DNA of 57,095 bases, from assembly GCA_031972835.1 (NCBI GenBank), contig DALYDX010000001.1, positions 5,852 to 62,946 on the forward strand, written 5' to 3'. The stretch is from Minisyncoccota bacterium (GTDB lineage Bacteria; Patescibacteriota; Minisyncoccia; Phycocordibacterales; UBA9973). Shown here in pieces: positions 55,001 through 57,095 of this stretch. How positions within the stretch are numbered: the stretch's first letter is position 1; each line of letters opens with the position of its first letter. A program made the position numbers and the translations under genes. The notes beneath the pieces are model-generated. The model did no database searches. It was not told the origin of the DNA and saw only the letters and a program-made list of their open reading frames with translations.

Positions 55001-55394
55001 AACAACCTCTATTGAGTGGACAGCCACTACTACTAAAATACTTTATATAAAATATTGCAATCGATACGGCAGATGTTCAAACCCTATTTCACTACAGATC
55101 AACGCTTATACTCCAATCGTTTCCAATTCATATAAATTTTACAAAAACCTTTCGTATCGCATGACAAATTCAGACGTGAAAGAATTGCAAAAATATCTCA
55201 ATACGCACGGATTCATTGTTGCGCCAAGTGGTGCCGGGTCTCCGGGTAAGGAGACAAATTATTTCGGCCTACTAACCTACAGAGCAGTTATTAAATTCCA
55301 AGAAGCCAACGCCTCTGACATTTTGACACCAATCGGTCTTAAAAAAGGAACTGGATATTTCGGACCAAGCACTCGTGCTTTCGTGAATAAATAA
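52005..55394 (+). CDS. large secreted/surface protein: DUF2341-like N-domain, LVIVD-type beta-propeller repeats, C-terminal peptidoglycan-binding domain
   Basis: Signal/TM segment. WTKRKAVTI...DYDDIRFTSSDG..LDYYLE...FWVEVPSI...VYMYYGN is DUF2341-like. Repeated GNYAYV...L.V.DVSN...P units occur. The C-terminus NSDVKELQKYLN..G...G.FG..T..AV..FQ is PG_binding_1-like. Confidence 0.7.
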   Translation: MKHEVLSLSRKTAKFFCLVLILLQVFYGFAPVVFAATSTWDFLNSSDYTFDNTKIEFSGGQAQLKATSTPAWYSTSWTKRKAVTITGSSAGAQTNYQVKITVPYDADMQADYDDIRFTSSDGQTLLDYYLESKTNSSTADFWVEVPSIPASPDTVAVYMYYGNSSASSVSSGANTFISGTDFVQDDGFSYRDNGTSESYGDSTGQIRSNGGQLSLVGVDRISDSYVANNRKANGASIVGSVVDSTALNDPEDVLIDGDYVYIPTRAGGKLSVYNISNPASPTFVSSFTDSDLTEAVGVAKNGNTIYLVSWHNHKLLILDATDPSNITKTSSIEIGTTEGGGDPDELRKVFYLDGYAYVTHSHDQKLYIVDVSNPASPSITGSVATGDGAFAVFVKGNYAYVGGCFVGSSLKVIDVSNKTAPSVVKTLSSGNYSCTAGFANSGNNLYAVYYSSNTFVTFDISDPANTSQIGILSNSSLNSPNRLDVFGNTAYVASAGGDAIVQVNITDPTNPTLSTITANVLLDRAYGVKYSEGKVFAVGRAADSLVILDPSTIDEGSEDVNVNVSDNFSVRSKFRLTAATAGAWLPVTGISADGSAINSGASAYSLNPIWFNNTLQVIEFFGAGGTYYKQAASAVSTSLNTTYITELKKVGSNATLSVYQTDGTLVGSSVISSLTNSSIEYKWLMPYQNTASNGNWGSGKTTTQDIYFSFLRNYVSPEPTYSIGSEVNIYPSDNPTVQPTSATPFTSLSGFVETSTLNSGAIKYQISNDGGTTWYWYSSGWTTTNTGYTEANTASDVNSNIATFPVGSGSFLWRVYLHSDGTQLVQLDNINLTYISDATAPVLSLGSPSNTLAHGTTGTTLSLTTDENATCKYGTISGTAYASIASTFTTTGGTSHSASLTGLSNGTSYTYYIRCEDEQSNSNSNDYTISFSVANPPSSGGSGGFSAPYPTAPAGGFTATRDITNSQNKTVLHFGFGNDITNIAISENANFYPATYINATTSIEWTATTTKILYIKYCNRYGRCSNPISLQINAYTPIVSNSYKFYKNLSYRMTNSDVKELQKYLNTHGFIVAPSGAGSPGKETNYFGLLTYRAVIKFQEANASDILTPIGLKKGTGYFGPSTRAFVNK

Positions 55395-55411
55395 TTTCTT
55401 TTTTCGTAATT

Positions 55412-55829
55412 TAGCCCCCCACCCAGCCAAAAAACACAGAAGCCCGCGCGGATTCCTCCCCAGACCCCTCCTCCGCGCGAACAAAATCCAAAAACAAATT
55501 AGTCTCGGTTTTGCGAAAATCCAATACCCCAGAAAATAATTTTCGCAAAACCGAGTCCGAATTGAAGCCCCGCCACACTGCCTGAATACTTGGAAGGCAG
55601 AACCCCAAAAAGAAAAATGTCCTTTCCATTTTAGAAAAAATCACCCCCGCGAAAACAGAAAAGCAAGAGACATTTTTTCTTTTTGGGGTTGCCGAGTGAA
55701 GCGAGGCGGTGGCGGGGCTTTCGTGGAGCGTACGGCTTAATTTAGAGCCACCACGCGCTCCGCGCGTGCGATTAGCTTTCATCGGGATTGCTTTCAAAAT
55801 AAGTTCGAATTTTGTACAATAGACTCCGC
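55412..55829 (-). repeat. right arm of the perfect 418-bp inverted repeat
   Basis: Reverse complement of 51451-51868. Confidence 0.95.
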
Positions 55830-56110
55830 CAAAAAACGAAATCGGATTTTAGAGCCGAAATGGGGTCGCGCCGAAGGCGCGACACTAATGCATTCCCCCC
55901 GCCGAATTCAGAATCCAAAAGGGTTTTCCACGCTCCGCGTGGCTCCTCGTTTGCCAATACAAAATAAAAAATGGTAATATTGGGTTGCACCAACTTTAGA
56001 CACTTTCGGCTTTTTATTTGCTTGAGCATCTAGACGGGCGACTGTGTTCAATTTTGCTGAAAGGTAAAGTTGGTGCAACATGGTCGCCCTTTTAGGTTTT
56101 TAAACATATT

Positions 56111-57095
56111 ATGAATAATCAAACCAAAAAGTTTTTCATATATACTCGCAAGTCTACCGATGATAAAGATAGACAAGTGAGAAGCATTTCGGATCAACTG
56201 GCCGAACTCAAGGAGTTAGCGATTAAGGAACAAATTGAGGTCATTGATATTTTCGTGGAAAAACAAACCGCGAAGATTCCGGGTCGGCCAGTCTTTAATG
56301 AAATGCTTCTCCGCATGGAAACTGGTGAAGCAAATGGAATTTTAGCATGGCACCCCGATCGACTTGCGAGAAACTCGGTAGACGGAGGAAAAATTATCTA
56401 CCTCGTTGATACCAAAGTTATTTTGGATTTAAAATTTTCAACTTTTTGGTTTGATCCAACTCCACAAGGAAAGTTCATGCTCTCAATTGCATTTTCGCAG
56501 TCCAAGTACTATGTGGATAACTTGTCGGAGAATATCAAGCGTGGTCATCGTCAAAAATTGAAGGATGGTATTTGGCCTCAAATGTCCCCGCTGGGCTATG
56601 TAAATGTGAAAGGTGCTGGAATAGTACCTGATGAAAATATTGCTCCGTTAATCAAGAAAACATTTGAGGCCTATGCAACTGGAAATTTCACTTTGCGCCA
56701 ACTACACGATAAGTTTAATGCTCTTGGATTGAGTAGAAAGAATGGAAAGGTGCTTTCCGTTTCCAACTACCAACAAATTTTGAGAAATCCGATTTTCACA
56801 GGCTTAATGAGATATGGTGGTGAAATCTACGAAGGAAAGCACAAACCGATTATCACAAAGAAACTTTTTGATTCCGTTCAAGAAGTGATGATGAGAAAAT
56901 CTAAACCTCACTCCAAAGGACTGAAACCATTTTTGTATAGAGGATTTTTCCGTTGCGGAGAGTGCGGTTGCTTCATCACCACCGAGCAACAAAAAGGTCA
57001 TAATTATCTCCGCTGTACCAAACGGAGAAATCCTTGTTTGCAAAAATATGTCCGTGAAGAAATCATCACTTCTCAAATTCAAAAGGAAATCAAAA
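56111..57095 (+). CDS. large serine recombinase (partial; runs off the right edge)
   Basis: Translated by hand as MNNQTKKFFIYTRKSTDDKDRQVRSISDQ... (catalytic Ser context YxRxSt..Q). A recombinase domain and a CGECGC...C zinc-ribbon region follow. There is no stop before the window end. Confidence 0.8.
   Translation, partial: MNNQTKKFFIYTRKSTDDKDRQVRSISDQLAELKELAIKEQIEVIDIFVEKQTAKIPGRPVFNEMLLRMETGEANGILAWHPDRLARNSVDGGKIIYLVDTKVILDLKFSTFWFDPTPQGKFMLSIAFSQSKYYVDNLSENIKRGHRQKLKDGIWPQMSPLGYVNVKGAGIVPDENIAPLIKKTFEAYATGNFTLRQLHDKFNALGLSRKNGKVLSVSNYQQILRNPIFTGLMRYGGEIYEGKHKPIITKKLFDSVQEVMMRKSKPHSKGLKPFLYRGFFRCGECGCFITTEQQKGHNYLRCTKRRNPCLQKYVREEIITSQIQKEIK

Overview
AT-rich, gene-dense bacterial window that uses standard stops (TGA, TAA and TAG all end recognisable genes). 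Its backbone is tuf plus the S10-spc ribosomal-protein supercluster (rpsJ to rplO, then secY-adk-map). There is no room for L30 between rpsE and rplO, many genes lack an obvious Shine-Dalgarno, and many proteins are small or hypothetical. Together these suggest a reduced-genome Patescibacteria/CPR-type organism (inference). The cluster is cut by accessory insertions at two places, each bounded by a terminator and a near-identical promoter. The insertion between rplB and rpsS (about 7.4-10.4 kb) is the main finding. It holds a 441-aa protein with an IS110/Nop-like helix-hairpin-helix signature. Right after its stop codon comes a roughly 1.1-kb array of two alternating classes of 12-13-nt conserved boxes separated by invariant 9-nt variable segments, and a 4-box mini-array lies upstream. 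It is not a CRISPR: boxes and spacers are too short and there are no cas genes. The architecture matches the dual-spacer TIGR-Tas RNA-guided systems reported in 2025 from CPR bacteria and phages. Neighbouring boxes show compensatory variation, which argues for stem-closed RNA units. Other content: smpB-ssrA (tmRNA), a tRNA with anticodon UAU, infC-rpmI-rplT, truB-like, ftsH, recG, ndk, a beta-CASP RNase, a two-component pair, a VirD4/HerA-like ATPase and a 1427-aa glycosyltransferase-containing giant protein. A 1129-aa surface-protein gene is bracketed by a perfect 418-bp inverted repeat next to a large serine recombinase. There are also several GC-rich structured intergenic islands, including a promoter-to-terminator candidate sRNA of about 190 nt.
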